DNA from: Candidatus Marinacidobacterales bacterium
GTDB lineage: Bacteria; Acidobacteriota; Vicinamibacteria; Marinacidobacterales; DATDRI01
Assembly: GCA_965226495.1 (NCBI GenBank)
Contig: OZ245365.1
Coordinates: 1,440,001 to 1,504,000 of the forward strand
DNA: 64,000 nucleotides
Reading direction: 5' to 3'
Below are positions 20,479 to 30,278 of this stretch, in pieces; position 1 is the first letter of the stretch, and every line of letters begins with the position of its first letter. The position numbers and the translations under genes were made by a program. Below the pieces are notes generated by a model. It was given only the letters and a program-made list of their open reading frames with translations, was not told the origin of the DNA and searched no databases.

Positions 20479-21648
20479 GTGACAGTAGAAAAGCAGATCC
20501 CCTGGTCAGAGGAGACGCCGACCTTCAGCATCGAGGCGTACCAGGGGGACGACATGATCCTCAACATGGGTCCGCAGCATCCGTCTACCCATGGTGTGCT
20601 TCGGTTAGAGCTTCTCACGGATGGCGAGGTGGTCAAGGAGGCTCGCCCGCACATTGGCTACCTACATCGTAATTTCGAGAAGCACGCCGAGAATATCGAT
20701 TACCCCGGTATCATTCCTTTCACCGATCGGATGGATTACGTCGCCTCGATGGCCAATAGCCTTACTTTTGCTCTGACCATCGAAAAGTTGATGGGCATCC
20801 AAGTCAATGACCGCGTCAACACCATCAGGGTGTTAATGGCGGAGCTCCAGAGGATCGCGAGTCATCTGCTCTCGGTGGGGACATACGGAATCGATATCGG
20901 TGCCTTTACACCCTTTCTTCACTGTTTTCGGGATCGAGAGATGGTACTCGATCTCTTCGAATGGCTTTGTGGCGCACGGCTCCTTTACAACTACAACTGG
21001 GTAGGTGGTGTTTCTCACGACCTACCCGATGGCTGGGTAGCAAAATGCCGACACTTCGTCGATCAGTTCGGACACACGATTGACGAAGTAGATCAGCTGT
21101 TGAGTTTCAACAAGATTTTCACCAAACGCACCGCAACCGTCGGCATTCTCCCTCCCGACCTGGCCGTGAACTATGCGATTAGCGGCCCCAATCTTCGCGG
21201 CTCGGGCATAAAATGGGATATCCGCAAGGAAGAGCCCTACTGCGGGTACGAGAACTACGATTTCGAGGTCCCGATCGGCACCGCAGAGCATGGGCCCATC
21301 GGCTCGTGCTGGGACCGGTACTACGTCCGCGTTCTCGAAATGCGCGAGAGCTGCAAGATCATTCTGCAGGCGCTGGATCGGCTGCCGGAAGGCGATGTGC
21401 ACGAGCACGTTCCGAAGCGGGTCAAGCCCGCGAAGGGTGAGGCCTATTTCCGAACCGAGACGCCCCGCGGGGAGCTCGCCTACTACGTGGTGAGTGAAGG
21501 TGGCCTCATTCCGTCTCGCGTCAAGGGGCGCTCGCCCTGTTTCGTGGCGATGAGTGTTTTCGAGGAGATCGCCCGTGGCGAGATGATCGCGGACATGGTG
21601 GCCATTATCGGGAGTTTGGATATCGTCCTCGGGGAGATCGATCGCTAA
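20479..21648 (+). CDS. nuoD: NADH-quinone oxidoreductase subunit D
   Basis: NMGPQHPSTHGVLR, GYLHR, RMDY and GEIDR; no NiFe CxxC motifs. GTG start inferred. Confidence 0.96.
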   Translation: MTVEKQIPWSEETPTFSIEAYQGDDMILNMGPQHPSTHGVLRLELLTDGEVVKEARPHIGYLHRNFEKHAENIDYPGIIPFTDRMDYVASMANSLTFALTIEKLMGIQVNDRVNTIRVLMAELQRIASHLLSVGTYGIDIGAFTPFLHCFRDREMVLDLFEWLCGARLLYNYNWVGGVSHDLPDGWVAKCRHFVDQFGHTIDEVDQLLSFNKIFTKRTATVGILPPDLAVNYAISGPNLRGSGIKWDIRKEEPYCGYENYDFEVPIGTAEHGPIGSCWDRYYVRVLEMRESCKIILQALDRLPEGDVHEHVPKRVKPAKGEAYFRTETPRGELAYYVVSEGGLIPSRVKGRSPCFVAMSVFEEIARGEMIADMVAIIGSLDIVLGEIDR

Positions 21649-22793
21649 TGATTACGCGCCAGCGGCAGATCGAGATGAAGATTCTGCCGGTGGTCTCGGC
21701 CGTCGTCGTCATTGGCGCTGCGGGGCTTGTCATCGCCATCGGGGCGCTCCCGGCCATCGCAGGTTTGGTAGCCGGTGTGATCGAGTCCTACGTACCAGAG
21801 GAGTTGCGCCCGGCCGTAGGGAGGGGGCTTGGCGTCGCCGCGATCGTGGGATTCCTGTCGCAGTTTCCCATCTTTGCCATCTGGTTCGAACGAAAGGTGG
21901 CCGCCCACACTCAAGATCGACTCGGGCCGATGCGGGTCGGTTGGCACGGCGTGCTGCAGAGCTTTGCCGACGGCATCAAGCTACTCTTCAAGGAAGACAT
22001 CATCCCTGCAGAAGGTGACAAACCGCTCTTCCGTTTGGCGCCCTACCTGGTGGTGGCCGGCACTTTCGCCGCCTTTGCAGTGATTCCCTGGGCAGACGGT
22101 CTGGTGGTCTCGGACCTCAACATCGGTCTTCTGTATATCGTAGCCATCGGCTCGTTCAATACGATCGGCATCTTGATGGCGGGTTGGGCATCCAACAACA
22201 AGTACTCGCTCTTTGGTGGCATGCGTTCGGCGGCGCAACTCATCAGTTACGAAATCCCGACGGTGCTCACGCTTCTCGTCGTGATCGTGCAAGTGGGGAG
22301 CCTGAGCCTCCAAGATGTGGTGGTCGCCCAACAGGGAGGCGTTTTCAACTGGTTTCTGTTCCGAATGTTTCCGGTCAACCTCATCGCCTTCGTCGTGTTC
22401 TTTATTTGCGGGCTAGCAGAGGCGAACCGCACTCCGTTCGACCTGCCGGAAGCAGAATCGGAGTTGGTGGCCGGTTTCCATACGGAATACAGCGGAATGC
22501 GATTCGCGTTTTTCTTTCTTGCCGAGTACGGCGCGATGTTCTTGGTCAGCGCGCTGACCGCGGTGCTCTTTCTCGGCGGATGGCAAGGGTTTCTCGCCGA
22601 GCCGCTGATACCCGGCTCGCTGCTGTTCGTGACGAAAACGATGTTCTTGGTATTCGTTCAGATGTGGGTTCGTTGGACGCTGCCGCGCCTGCGAGTCGAC
22701 CAGCTGATGGCCATGTGCTGGAAGTATTTGATCCCGATCGGATTCGTGCTCCTGATCGTGGCGGCTTTCTTTTCTCTAGAGTTCGAGGCCTAG
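21648..22793 (+). CDS. nuoH: NADH-quinone oxidoreductase subunit H
   Basis: ERK...QDRLGP, SNNKY, NRTPFDLPEAESELVAG and LPRLRVDQ. Confidence 0.96.
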   Translation: MITRQRQIEMKILPVVSAVVVIGAAGLVIAIGALPAIAGLVAGVIESYVPEELRPAVGRGLGVAAIVGFLSQFPIFAIWFERKVAAHTQDRLGPMRVGWHGVLQSFADGIKLLFKEDIIPAEGDKPLFRLAPYLVVAGTFAAFAVIPWADGLVVSDLNIGLLYIVAIGSFNTIGILMAGWASNNKYSLFGGMRSAAQLISYEIPTVLTLLVVIVQVGSLSLQDVVVAQQGGVFNWFLFRMFPVNLIAFVVFFICGLAEANRTPFDLPEAESELVAGFHTEYSGMRFAFFFLAEYGAMFLVSALTAVLFLGGWQGFLAEPLIPGSLLFVTKTMFLVFVQMWVRWTLPRLRVDQLMAMCWKYLIPIGFVLLIVAAFFSLEFEA

Positions 22794-22800
22794 GAGACCG

Positions 22801-23337
22801 ATGAAAACGTATTTCACCGACATGTACGAGGCCGTCGTTTCGGTGGCCAAGGGCATGGCAGTAACTCTGAAACATCTCTTCAAGCCTTCTGTAACGCAGC
22901 AGTACGCGGCCGACGAAAAACCGGAGGAGCGCTGGAAGTCTCTCTTGGTACCCGAGGGACTGCTCAATGAGCGCTCCCGGATGAGACTCCACGTCAAGAT
23001 CGAGGATTGCATCGGCTGCAAGCAGTGCGAGAGAGCTTGTCCGGTCGATTGTATCTACATTACCGCCGAAAAGCGGGAAAAGGACGCGGCGCCGATCTTT
23101 GCTACCGACGGAACGGCCATTAAGCTCAACGTGCCGCAATTCGACATCGATATGTCGCTCTGCTGCTACTGTGCGCTCTGTGTCTACCCTTGCCCCACGG
23201 ATTGCATCGTGATGACACCGGAGTATGAGTTTGCCGAGAGCGTAAAGGGGAATCTGCTCTATCGGTACGCCAAAGATGAACCTAACCCGCCCGCGCCCGA
23301 GAAGGGGCCGGTGCCCGCGGCGGCGGGAGGAGAGTAG
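22801..23337 (+). CDS. nuoI: NADH-quinone oxidoreductase subunit I
   Basis: CIGCKQCERACP and CCYCALCVYPCP. Confidence 0.93.
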   Translation: MKTYFTDMYEAVVSVAKGMAVTLKHLFKPSVTQQYAADEKPEERWKSLLVPEGLLNERSRMRLHVKIEDCIGCKQCERACPVDCIYITAEKREKDAAPIFATDGTAIKLNVPQFDIDMSLCCYCALCVYPCPTDCIVMTPEYEFAESVKGNLLYRYAKDEPNPPAPEKGPVPAAAGGE

Positions 23338-23346
23338 TAGCTGGCC

Positions 23347-23856
23347 ATGGGAGAGCTCGCGACCCAAATCGTTTTTTACACGTTCGCGACCCTTGTCGTG
23401 GGCTCGGCGGCGCTCGTCGTCCTGGGTCGAAACCTGGTTCATTCCGCCTTCGCTCTGCTGGCTACGTTTTTCGGCGTTGCGGTCTTCTACGTTTTGCTGG
23501 GCGCCGATCTTCTTGCCGGCGCACAAGTACTTATATACGTCGGCGGAATCCTCATCTTGTTGCTCTTCGGTGTCATGCTGACCCACCGGGTCTACGGGAT
23601 GAGTCTTCAGGCGGCGACCATCCAGTTTTGGCCGGGGTTGGGCGTTGCTACCGCGGTATTCTTGACGATCGCTTACCTCATCTACCGGACGCCTTGGAGA
23701 CAGTTGGGATTCGGGGCCTTCGAGGGACCCACGACGGCGAGTATCGGCGAACTGTTCATGACCAAGTACATCCTGCCTTTCGAAGCGGCATCGGTGTTGC
23801 TGTTGATAGCCCTGATAGGCGCCGCGATGATGGTTCGGCGGAGGTCCGACCTGTGA
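23347..23856 (+). CDS. nuoJ: NADH-quinone oxidoreductase subunit J
   Basis: QVLIYVGG and YILPFEAASVLLL. Confidence 0.94.
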   Translation: MGELATQIVFYTFATLVVGSAALVVLGRNLVHSAFALLATFFGVAVFYVLLGADLLAGAQVLIYVGGILILLLFGVMLTHRVYGMSLQAATIQFWPGLGVATAVFLTIAYLIYRTPWRQLGFGAFEGPTTASIGELFMTKYILPFEAASVLLLIALIGAAMMVRRRSDL

Positions 23857-24158
23857 TCCCTCTCGAACACTACTTGATGGTCTCGGCGGCCCTCTTCTCA
23901 CTTGGTTTGCTAGGCGTGCTGACGCGGAAAAATGCGGTCCACGTCTTGATGTCCATCGAGTTGATTTTCAACTCCGCCAACATCAATTTGGTCGCTTTTT
24001 CACGCTTTTCATCTTCCGATCTCTCCGGTCAGGTATTTGCGGTGTTCGTCATGGTCATTGCAGCCGCCGAGGCGGCGGTGGCATTGGCTATCGTTCTCTC
24101 TCTCTACCGGATCATGAAGAGCGTGAACCTGGATGAGGCCACGGCCCTCAGAGGATAG
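23853..24158 (+). CDS. nuoK: NADH-quinone oxidoreductase subunit K
   Basis: SIELIFNSAN and IAAAEAAVALA; the GTG start overlaps the nuoJ stop. Confidence 0.94.
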   Translation: MIPLEHYLMVSAALFSLGLLGVLTRKNAVHVLMSIELIFNSANINLVAFSRFSSSDLSGQVFAVFVMVIAAAEAAVALAIVLSLYRIMKSVNLDEATALRG

Positions 24159-24163
24159 GCACG

Positions 24164-25672
24164 ATGGCGCTCGGAACGATTGACAGTCTCAAATACTTTC
24201 TGCCGGAGCTGATCTTGGTGTGGGCTCTTGCCGTCGTAATCGTAGTCGATCTCGCCCTTAAGGGGCGACAGGATCGGCGGTGGGGTACGGCGCTGATCGC
24301 CCTAGCAGGTTTGGTTCTAGCGGGGTTCTATACGATCACATTGGGTGATGCGCCCCAAGGCACGCTCTTCACTAGGATGGTCGTCCTCGACCACTTTGGC
24401 GTGCTGCTCCGCGCTTTGTTCATCCTGACCGCCATCCTAGTCCTGCTACTGTCCCTTCCGTCGCGCGAGCTGTCGAAGTTGAACCAAGGAGAATTCTTCG
24501 CGCTGCTTCTGGCGGTGACCGTATCCATGATGTGGATGGCAAACTCCATCAATCTCCTCATGATTTACCTGTCGCTGGAGATGGTATCCGTTTGCTCATA
24601 CATCATGGTCGGTTACTTGAAGGGGGAACGACTCTCGAACGAGGCGTCGCTCAAGTACATCTTGTTCGGCGCGATCGCGACCGGAACTATGCTCTACGGT
24701 CTGTCGCTACTCTACGGACTCACTGGAACGCTTGATCTTTATGAGATCCGTGCCGCCCTTGTGGGCCAAGGGACGGCAAGCGAGGCAGGACCGGCGCTGC
24801 TGTTCATCGTGATTCTGGTGCTCGCCGGGATCGGTTTCAAGACCGCCGTAGTGCCGTTTCATTTTTGGTGTCCGGATGTTTATACGGGCGCTCCGACGGC
24901 GGTGACGGCGTTCCTGTCGGTCGGGCCCAAGGTGGCTGGGTTCGCGGTGCTCATTCGGTTCTTCTTCGGTGGCTTCGCGCAGCCTGTAGAGGGCACTGCC
25001 GAGATGGTCCAGATGGTTGGTCCGGTCAATTGGCAGGTGATTCTAATCGGCATGTCGGTCATCACCATGACGCTGGGGAATGTGGCAGCGCTTCTCCAAT
25101 CGAACATCAAACGACTGCTGGCGTACTCGAGCATTGCTCACGCGGGGTACATTTTGATGGGGGCGGTGGTTCTTTCCGAGGACGGCATCCAGGCCATGCT
25201 GGCCTACATGGTCATCTACTTGTTCATGAACCTGGGAGCTTTTCTAGTCGTGATCGTCGTCCACGAAAACGTGGGGAGCTTCGACATCAAGGACTACGCG
25301 GGCATTTGGAAACGCTCGCCGATGTTGACCATTGCGATGGCTATCTTCCTCTTGTCGTTGATGGGAATCCCGCCGTTTGCCGGCTTTCTGGCGAAGTTCT
25401 ACATATTCGCGGCGGTAATCCGGGCCGGACTCGGTTGGTTCGCGGTGGTCGGCGTCTTGAATGCCGCAATCGCTGCCTATTACTACATGAAGATAATCGC
25501 GACCATGGTCATCGAAGTCGACCCGAGCGGCGATTCCCGCCAACTGGAGCTTCATCCGATATATACTGGGTTGCTCTTTGTCTTGCTAGTGCCTAATGTA
25601 TTCGGCCTCATATTATGGGGCTACTTGGATCGAATAACTGAATACTCGACGAAGGTCTTGGAAACCTTCTAA
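24164..25672 (+). CDS. nuoN: NADH-quinone oxidoreductase subunit N
   Basis: SNEASLKY, FKTAVVPFHFWCPDVYTGAP, KRLLAYSSIAHAGY and GIPPFAGF. Confidence 0.93.
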   Translation: MALGTIDSLKYFLPELILVWALAVVIVVDLALKGRQDRRWGTALIALAGLVLAGFYTITLGDAPQGTLFTRMVVLDHFGVLLRALFILTAILVLLLSLPSRELSKLNQGEFFALLLAVTVSMMWMANSINLLMIYLSLEMVSVCSYIMVGYLKGERLSNEASLKYILFGAIATGTMLYGLSLLYGLTGTLDLYEIRAALVGQGTASEAGPALLFIVILVLAGIGFKTAVVPFHFWCPDVYTGAPTAVTAFLSVGPKVAGFAVLIRFFFGGFAQPVEGTAEMVQMVGPVNWQVILIGMSVITMTLGNVAALLQSNIKRLLAYSSIAHAGYILMGAVVLSEDGIQAMLAYMVIYLFMNLGAFLVVIVVHENVGSFDIKDYAGIWKRSPMLTIAMAIFLLSLMGIPPFAGFLAKFYIFAAVIRAGLGWFAVVGVLNAAIAAYYYMKIIATMVIEVDPSGDSRQLELHPIYTGLLFVLLVPNVFGLILWGYLDRITEYSTKVLETF

Positions 25673-25693
25673 TCTGTAAGGAGGATAAGGACA

Positions 25694-25954
25694 ATGGCTT
25701 ACATCATCGCTGAGCCTTGCATCGGGACGAAGGACACCGCCTGCGTGGAGGTATGCCCGGTTGATTGCATTCACCCCATGAAGGATGCGGAGGGGTTCGA
25801 GGCCGCAGAACAGCTCTACATCGATAACGAGACCTGCATCGACTGCGGGGCTTGTGAACCGGTCTGCCCGGTGACCGCCATCTTTCCCGAAGAAGAGTTG
25901 CCCGACAAGTGGAAGGATTACGTCGAGAAGAACGCTGCCTACTTCGCTAAGTAG
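25694..25954 (+). CDS. Dicluster ferredoxin (7Fe FdxA-like)
   Basis: CIGTKDTACVEVCPVDCIH and CIDCGACEPVCP; strong AAGGAGG RBS. Confidence 0.93.
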   Translation: MAYIIAEPCIGTKDTACVEVCPVDCIHPMKDAEGFEAAEQLYIDNETCIDCGACEPVCPVTAIFPEEELPDKWKDYVEKNAAYFAK

Positions 25955-26145
25955 GGTTCTGCAGAACGACTCAACCCAATAAAGCCTCCTCGAATCCTTT
26001 CGTCAGGCCAAGACGTCATTCGTGACCGAGCCGCCCCGCCCGGGGCCGGCTGCGGGCCGTGGTATGATGGGATTCGGTGGAGGCATTTCTTTTCGGAGAG
26101 CTTTCGTTAGTCGGCGGTAACCTTGCTGAAGCAAGAGGTGACGTG

Positions 26146-26469
26146 ATGTCGAACAACAGTGGAGACAATTTTTTGGTTGGCTTTTTTGTCGGCGCCGCCA
26201 TCGGAGTCATGGGAGCACTCCTTTTGGCACCTAAGGCTCGCAAAGAGCTACAGGACACTTTGGCGGAGGAAGGTAAGAAGCTCAGGGACAAGGCGGAGAG
26301 CACATTGTCCGAGCTGCGCGAGCGTGGGGAAGAACTGTACGGTCAAGGTCAGGCGGCCTACGGCGAGGCGGCGGAAGGCGTCGCGAAGGCGTCGCGTACC
26401 GGCGAATCGGCCTATGGTGAGGCGGCGGAAGGCGTGAAGAAGGCGGCCCGCAGCTTCTCCAAAAACTGA
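26146..26469 (+). CDS. YtxH-domain protein
   Basis: FLVGFFVGAAIG...ALLLAP followed by a coiled coil with the internal repeat AYGEAAEGV twice. Confidence 0.8.
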   Translation: MSNNSGDNFLVGFFVGAAIGVMGALLLAPKARKELQDTLAEEGKKLRDKAESTLSELRERGEELYGQGQAAYGEAAEGVAKASRTGESAYGEAAEGVKKAARSFSKN

Positions 26470-26473
26470 ACTT

Positions 26474-26917
26474 ATGCGGGAACCCGGCCCCACGGTGGCT
26501 GACGTGCCTGACGTGCCTGACGTGCCTGACGTGAATGACGTGCCTGAATTAGAGCAGACGACACCGGAAGCTCAAACCGGGGCACCTCCGAGTCCCCCCG
26601 ATTCCGAAGCCCCGTCCACCTTCGAATTAGCGCGGCGGATTCTCGTCGGTGTGGTGCAAGCGATCGAGGACGGAGCCAATCTGGTCGGTGCTTCCCTCAG
26701 GGAGGAGCTCGGCCGATTCCGGGAAGGCGCGGTTCGCACCCTCATCGCCGTCGCCTTGTTGGCCACCGGCGGTGGGCTTGCCACGGCCGGTGTTGCTTTG
26801 CTGCTACACCGATGGATCGGCTCGTGGTCACCCGTGCTGTTGGTGATGGGTGGCGTCTATTTGGTAGCCGGGTTCTGGCTCTTGCACGTCAGCAGCGCTA
26901 AAGGGGATGACGCGTGA
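26474..26917 (+). CDS. Two-TM membrane protein (YqjE/phage-holin-like family)
   Basis: LREEL followed by two TM helices; the N-terminal DVP repeats come from a 9-bp tandem array. Confidence 0.6.
   Translation: MREPGPTVADVPDVPDVPDVNDVPELEQTTPEAQTGAPPSPPDSEAPSTFELARRILVGVVQAIEDGANLVGASLREELGRFREGAVRTLIAVALLATGGGLATAGVALLLHRWIGSWSPVLLVMGGVYLVAGFWLLHVSSAKGDDA
26499..26547. repeat. 9-bp tandem repeat (CTGACGTGC, about 5 units)
   Basis: ctgacgtgc ctgacgtgc ctgacgtgc ctgacgtga atgacgtgc ctga. Confidence 0.85.
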
Positions 26918-27228
26918 GCGGGGAGAACGGGGATAGAAGGACCGCTCGGGAGCTCCGGGAGGCTCTCGCCAACAATCGGGCTCGGATCGAAGCCGATCTT
27001 TCCGCGATGGAAAGTCGCGTCAACGAGAGCTTGAATCCGGTGAACGTCGTGCGTCGCCATCCGGCCCTGATGGCTGGAGCAGGGGCGGTGCTTGGCATCT
27101 TCATCGTAAGGCGCCCTGCCATGTTCGCCCGAGCTCTCGGGCAGATCGCCGGCTGGGGTGCCCCGATGCTCTTCTCGGCGCTCGTAAAAGGAACTGGGTT
27201 GAAGTCGGGACGGGGACCTGCAGACTAG
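26914..27228 (+). CDS. DUF3618/YqjK-like small membrane protein
   Basis: Coiled coil followed by VRRHP and a TM helix; third gene of a YtxH/holin-like trio. Confidence 0.55.
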   Translation: MSGENGDRRTARELREALANNRARIEADLSAMESRVNESLNPVNVVRRHPALMAGAGAVLGIFIVRRPAMFARALGQIAGWGAPMLFSALVKGTGLKSGRGPAD

Positions 27229-27249
27229 ACCGGCTCACGCTGACCAAGA

Positions 27250-28764
27250 ATGTCTAGATCTTGCCGAAAGGCGCACTGCTTAGCCCGAGCTGTCTACCCT
27301 TTCCAGCATAGCTCGTTCCTCAGCCTCATTTTCCTCTCCGCGCTTGCCTGCGCGACGAACCCGGCGACCGGTAAGAAAGACCTCGTCCTGGTCAGTGAAG
27401 CCCAAGAAATCGAGATGGGCGCGTCCGGCGATCGTCAGGTGACCCAGAGCATGGGTCTCTATGACGATGAACACTTGGCTTCCTATGTCTCCGACATCGG
27501 GCTCCGGCTCGCCCGAAACACCGAAAGGCCGGACCTGCCCTGGAAAGTCCAGGTGATCGACTCGCCGGTGGTCAATGCCTTTGCGATTCCGGGCGGGTAC
27601 GTCTACTTGACGCGCGGCATTCTGGCCTACATGAACAGCGAAGCGGCCATGGTGGGGATTCTTGGACACGAGATCGGACACATCACGGCTCGACATAGCG
27701 TGCAGCAGATTTCTCGAGCTCAGTTAGCGGGAATAGGCCTCGGGGTGGGGTCGATCGTGGTACCCGAGGTGCGCCCCTTCGGGGACTTGCTGCAGACTGG
27801 AGTGGGGCTGTTGTTCATGAAGTTCAGCCGAGATGACGAGCGGGAGGCCGACAAGCTCGGAGTACGTTATTCGCTGGCAGCGGGATACGACGCAAGGGAG
27901 ATGGCGGCCTTCTTCCAGGTTCTCGACCGAATGGGTGAGCGGTCGGGCAACGACCTACCGGGCTGGCTCTCCACTCACCCCAATCCCGAGGATCGGGAGG
28001 AACGGATACTCCAGTTGGTGCAGGAGAAGGCGCCGGACCGCTCGCTCGCAGTGAGGGGAGAAGAGTTCAAGCGACAGCTCGAGGGAACGACCTTCGGGGA
28101 GAACCCTCGCGAGGGGTTTATGGACGGAAACCGATTCAAACACCCTGATTTGCGCTTCCAGCTGGATCTCCCGACGGGTTGGAACGTGCAAAACACGCCC
28201 CGGGCCGTTTACGCCGCGCCTCCCGAGCGTGACGCCGCTCTTCAGCTTACCGGGAGCAGCGTAGAGGAAGGAACGCGTCCGGAACAGTACGCCACGCGCT
28301 TTTTCCAGCAGAACAAGATCGAATTCGGAACCGGCGAGCGGATTCGAGTCGGCGGGTTTCCGGCTTACCGGGCTCCTTTTCGTTTTCAGTCGTCGCAAGG
28401 TGTGCTGACCGGGGAGGCTGGCTTCGTCGTGGACGGGGAAACAGCCTACGAAATCTTGGGCTATACCTACGAACAACGCTACCGAAGTTACCGGAAGACC
28501 TTCCATACCGTCATCGAGAGCTTTGCTCGTCTCACCGATGGTCGAGCGCTCGACATCCAGCCCCACCGCATCGCCCTCTACTCCGCCCCGCGCACGACGA
28601 CTGCAAGGAAGGCCTTTCTGGATTCGGGAGCCAAGGACGAATCGATCGACGAGTTAACCTTGCTCAACAACCTTCAGCCGGACTCGCGCGTCGAGGCGGG
28701 AACGCTCCTCAAGATCGTCGACCCACCCCTCAGCCGTAAACCCGGCAGATCGAACCGACCGTGA
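27250..28764 (+). CDS. M48 family metalloprotease, lipoprotein
   Basis: LAC-ATNPATG, NAFAIPGG, HEIGH, SRDDEREAD and STHP. Confidence 0.92.
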   Translation: MSRSCRKAHCLARAVYPFQHSSFLSLIFLSALACATNPATGKKDLVLVSEAQEIEMGASGDRQVTQSMGLYDDEHLASYVSDIGLRLARNTERPDLPWKVQVIDSPVVNAFAIPGGYVYLTRGILAYMNSEAAMVGILGHEIGHITARHSVQQISRAQLAGIGLGVGSIVVPEVRPFGDLLQTGVGLLFMKFSRDDEREADKLGVRYSLAAGYDAREMAAFFQVLDRMGERSGNDLPGWLSTHPNPEDREERILQLVQEKAPDRSLAVRGEEFKRQLEGTTFGENPREGFMDGNRFKHPDLRFQLDLPTGWNVQNTPRAVYAAPPERDAALQLTGSSVEEGTRPEQYATRFFQQNKIEFGTGERIRVGGFPAYRAPFRFQSSQGVLTGEAGFVVDGETAYEILGYTYEQRYRSYRKTFHTVIESFARLTDGRALDIQPHRIALYSAPRTTTARKAFLDSGAKDESIDELTLLNNLQPDSRVEAGTLLKIVDPPLSRKPGRSNRP

Positions 28765-29882
28765 TCGGGCGTTCCTTCCGGGTCGCGACCATTTTCGGGA
28801 TCCCCATCAAGGTCGACCTTTCCTGGTTGGTGATGGTCGTGCTGCTGACGGCAACGCTGGCCGTCGCGTTTTCGCGTGACCACCAAGCCTTGGGATGGCC
28901 GTCGTGGGTCTTGATGGGCCTCGCTTCTGCGATGCTTCTCTTCGGCTCGGTGCTTGCCCACGAGCTGTCACATGCCTTGGTTGCGCTCCGCGAGGGGATT
29001 GGCATGCGGGGGATTACGCTGTTCATCTTCGGCGGTGCAGCGGAGATGATCGATGAGCCACCGAGCGCGAAGGCGGAGCTCAAGGTCGCCGTTGCGGGTC
29101 CAGCGATGAGTCTTGCGCTGGCTGTTGGTTTCGGCGGCTTGTACTCGGTTGGCCTGGGATGGTTTCACGAGTCGGTGCTAGGGGTTGTTAAACACCTGGC
29201 CCTTATGAATGCGATCCTGGTGGCCTTCAACCTGGTGCCGGGCTTCCCGTTGGACGGCGGAAGAGTCTTGCGGGCCTTGCTATGGGGAATCTGGGGGAAT
29301 CTCCGGGTCGCGACCCGCACCGCCAGCGTCGTGGGTTCCGGGTTTGGTGTTCTCATTATGTTGTTGGGCGTCGTCTACGTCGTACCCTTTGGAAATCTCA
29401 TCGGCGGAATCTGGTATCTCTTCATCGGACTTTTTCTTCGCAACGCGGCGCGCGCGAGTTACCAGCAGATGTTGGTGAGGGACGTCCTAAAGGGTGTCAA
29501 GGCCGCCGACCTCATGAGCCGGGAAGTACTCTCGGTGTCGCCGGATGCGACTCTCGAGGAGATCGTAGAGCGTGTGGTCTTGCCGTCTGGGGTGACGAAT
29601 CTCCCCGTCCTCGAAGACAGCAGGCTGGTGGGGCTACTCGGGCTTCGAGAGATCCAAGCCGTCGAGCGCTCTCGGTGGAGTCAGGTGCGGGCGAGGGAGA
29701 TCATGCGGCGAGATTCTCTTGCGCAGGTCGTGTCGCCAGAGGACGATGCCACTCTGCTGCTTTCCATGGTTGTAAGCGACGATACCTTGATTCCGGTCAT
29801 GGATGGTGAAACGTTGGTTGGGCTGGTGACGCGCCCGGACTTGATGAGACGGCTCAAATTGCGAATGGAGCTGCCGTCCTAG
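28761..29882 (+). CDS. Site-2 protease (M50) with CBS domains
   Basis: HELSH and FNLVPGFPLDGG, followed by tandem CBS domains. Confidence 0.93.
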   Translation: MIGRSFRVATIFGIPIKVDLSWLVMVVLLTATLAVAFSRDHQALGWPSWVLMGLASAMLLFGSVLAHELSHALVALREGIGMRGITLFIFGGAAEMIDEPPSAKAELKVAVAGPAMSLALAVGFGGLYSVGLGWFHESVLGVVKHLALMNAILVAFNLVPGFPLDGGRVLRALLWGIWGNLRVATRTASVVGSGFGVLIMLLGVVYVVPFGNLIGGIWYLFIGLFLRNAARASYQQMLVRDVLKGVKAADLMSREVLSVSPDATLEEIVERVVLPSGVTNLPVLEDSRLVGLLGLREIQAVERSRWSQVRAREIMRRDSLAQVVSPEDDATLLLSMVVSDDTLIPVMDGETLVGLVTRPDLMRRLKLRMELPS

Positions 29883-30172
29883 AGGCACGCGGCAAGCACG
29901 TAGACCGCGGCGCAAATCAAAAGGATCGGTAAGAAAAGAGGCAACACCACGAGGCCGATAGCGAGGCACGTTAGAAGGAAAAGCAGCAACAGCAACTTGA
30001 CCGGAAAAAGCACCAGCTCTGCCAACCCGGAAGCGAGTGCCCCCAGAAGCTTCGCCGGTAACAGAAGCAAGGCGAACAGGAGTTTGAAGCCCACCCAAAG
30101 CAGCCCAGACGCAATCGCGGCTAGGGTGACAACCACCGCGAATGCAACCACGCTCAAGAGTACTAGCTCCAA
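29879..30172 (-). CDS. Small hydrophobic membrane protein
   Basis: Very hydrophobic 97-aa ORF with a GAGGAG RBS. Confidence 0.55.
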   Translation of the reverse strand: MELVLLSVVAFAVVVTLAAIASGLLWVGFKLLFALLLLPAKLLGALASGLAELVLFPVKLLLLLFLLTCLAIGLVVLPLFLPILLICAAVYVLAACL

Positions 30173-30185
30173 GTAACGTCTCCTC

Positions 30186-30269
30186 TTCCTTTATCCCTCT
30201 CCCTTTGGGAGAGTTAGGCGTCAAGAAATGGTGTGCCCGTGGTGAACGTGGTCAGACGCCGGGTGAGGG
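30186..30269. repeat. REP/MITE-like palindromic element, copy B
   Basis: TTCCTTTATCCCTCTCCCTTTGGGAGAGTTAGGCGTCAAG...GACGCCGGGTGAGGG. Confidence 0.75.
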
Positions 30270-30278
30270 CCCACCATC

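Noticed and set aside
20479-21648. Possible group 4 NiFe hydrogenase, given the missing nuoEFG/LM
   Set aside because: The large subunit lacks CxxC Ni ligands and has the NuoD quinone-site motifs.
22546-23901. Long minus-strand ORF (451 aa) and similar antisense ORFs (e.g. 811-1776, 62561-63610)
   Set aside because: These are shadows of well-supported genes in GC-rich DNA and have no recognisable motifs.
26499-26547. Short repeat arrays here and at 55601 and 5400 as possible CRISPR
   Set aside because: They are contiguous 8-9 bp tandem units with no spacers, and there are no cas genes.
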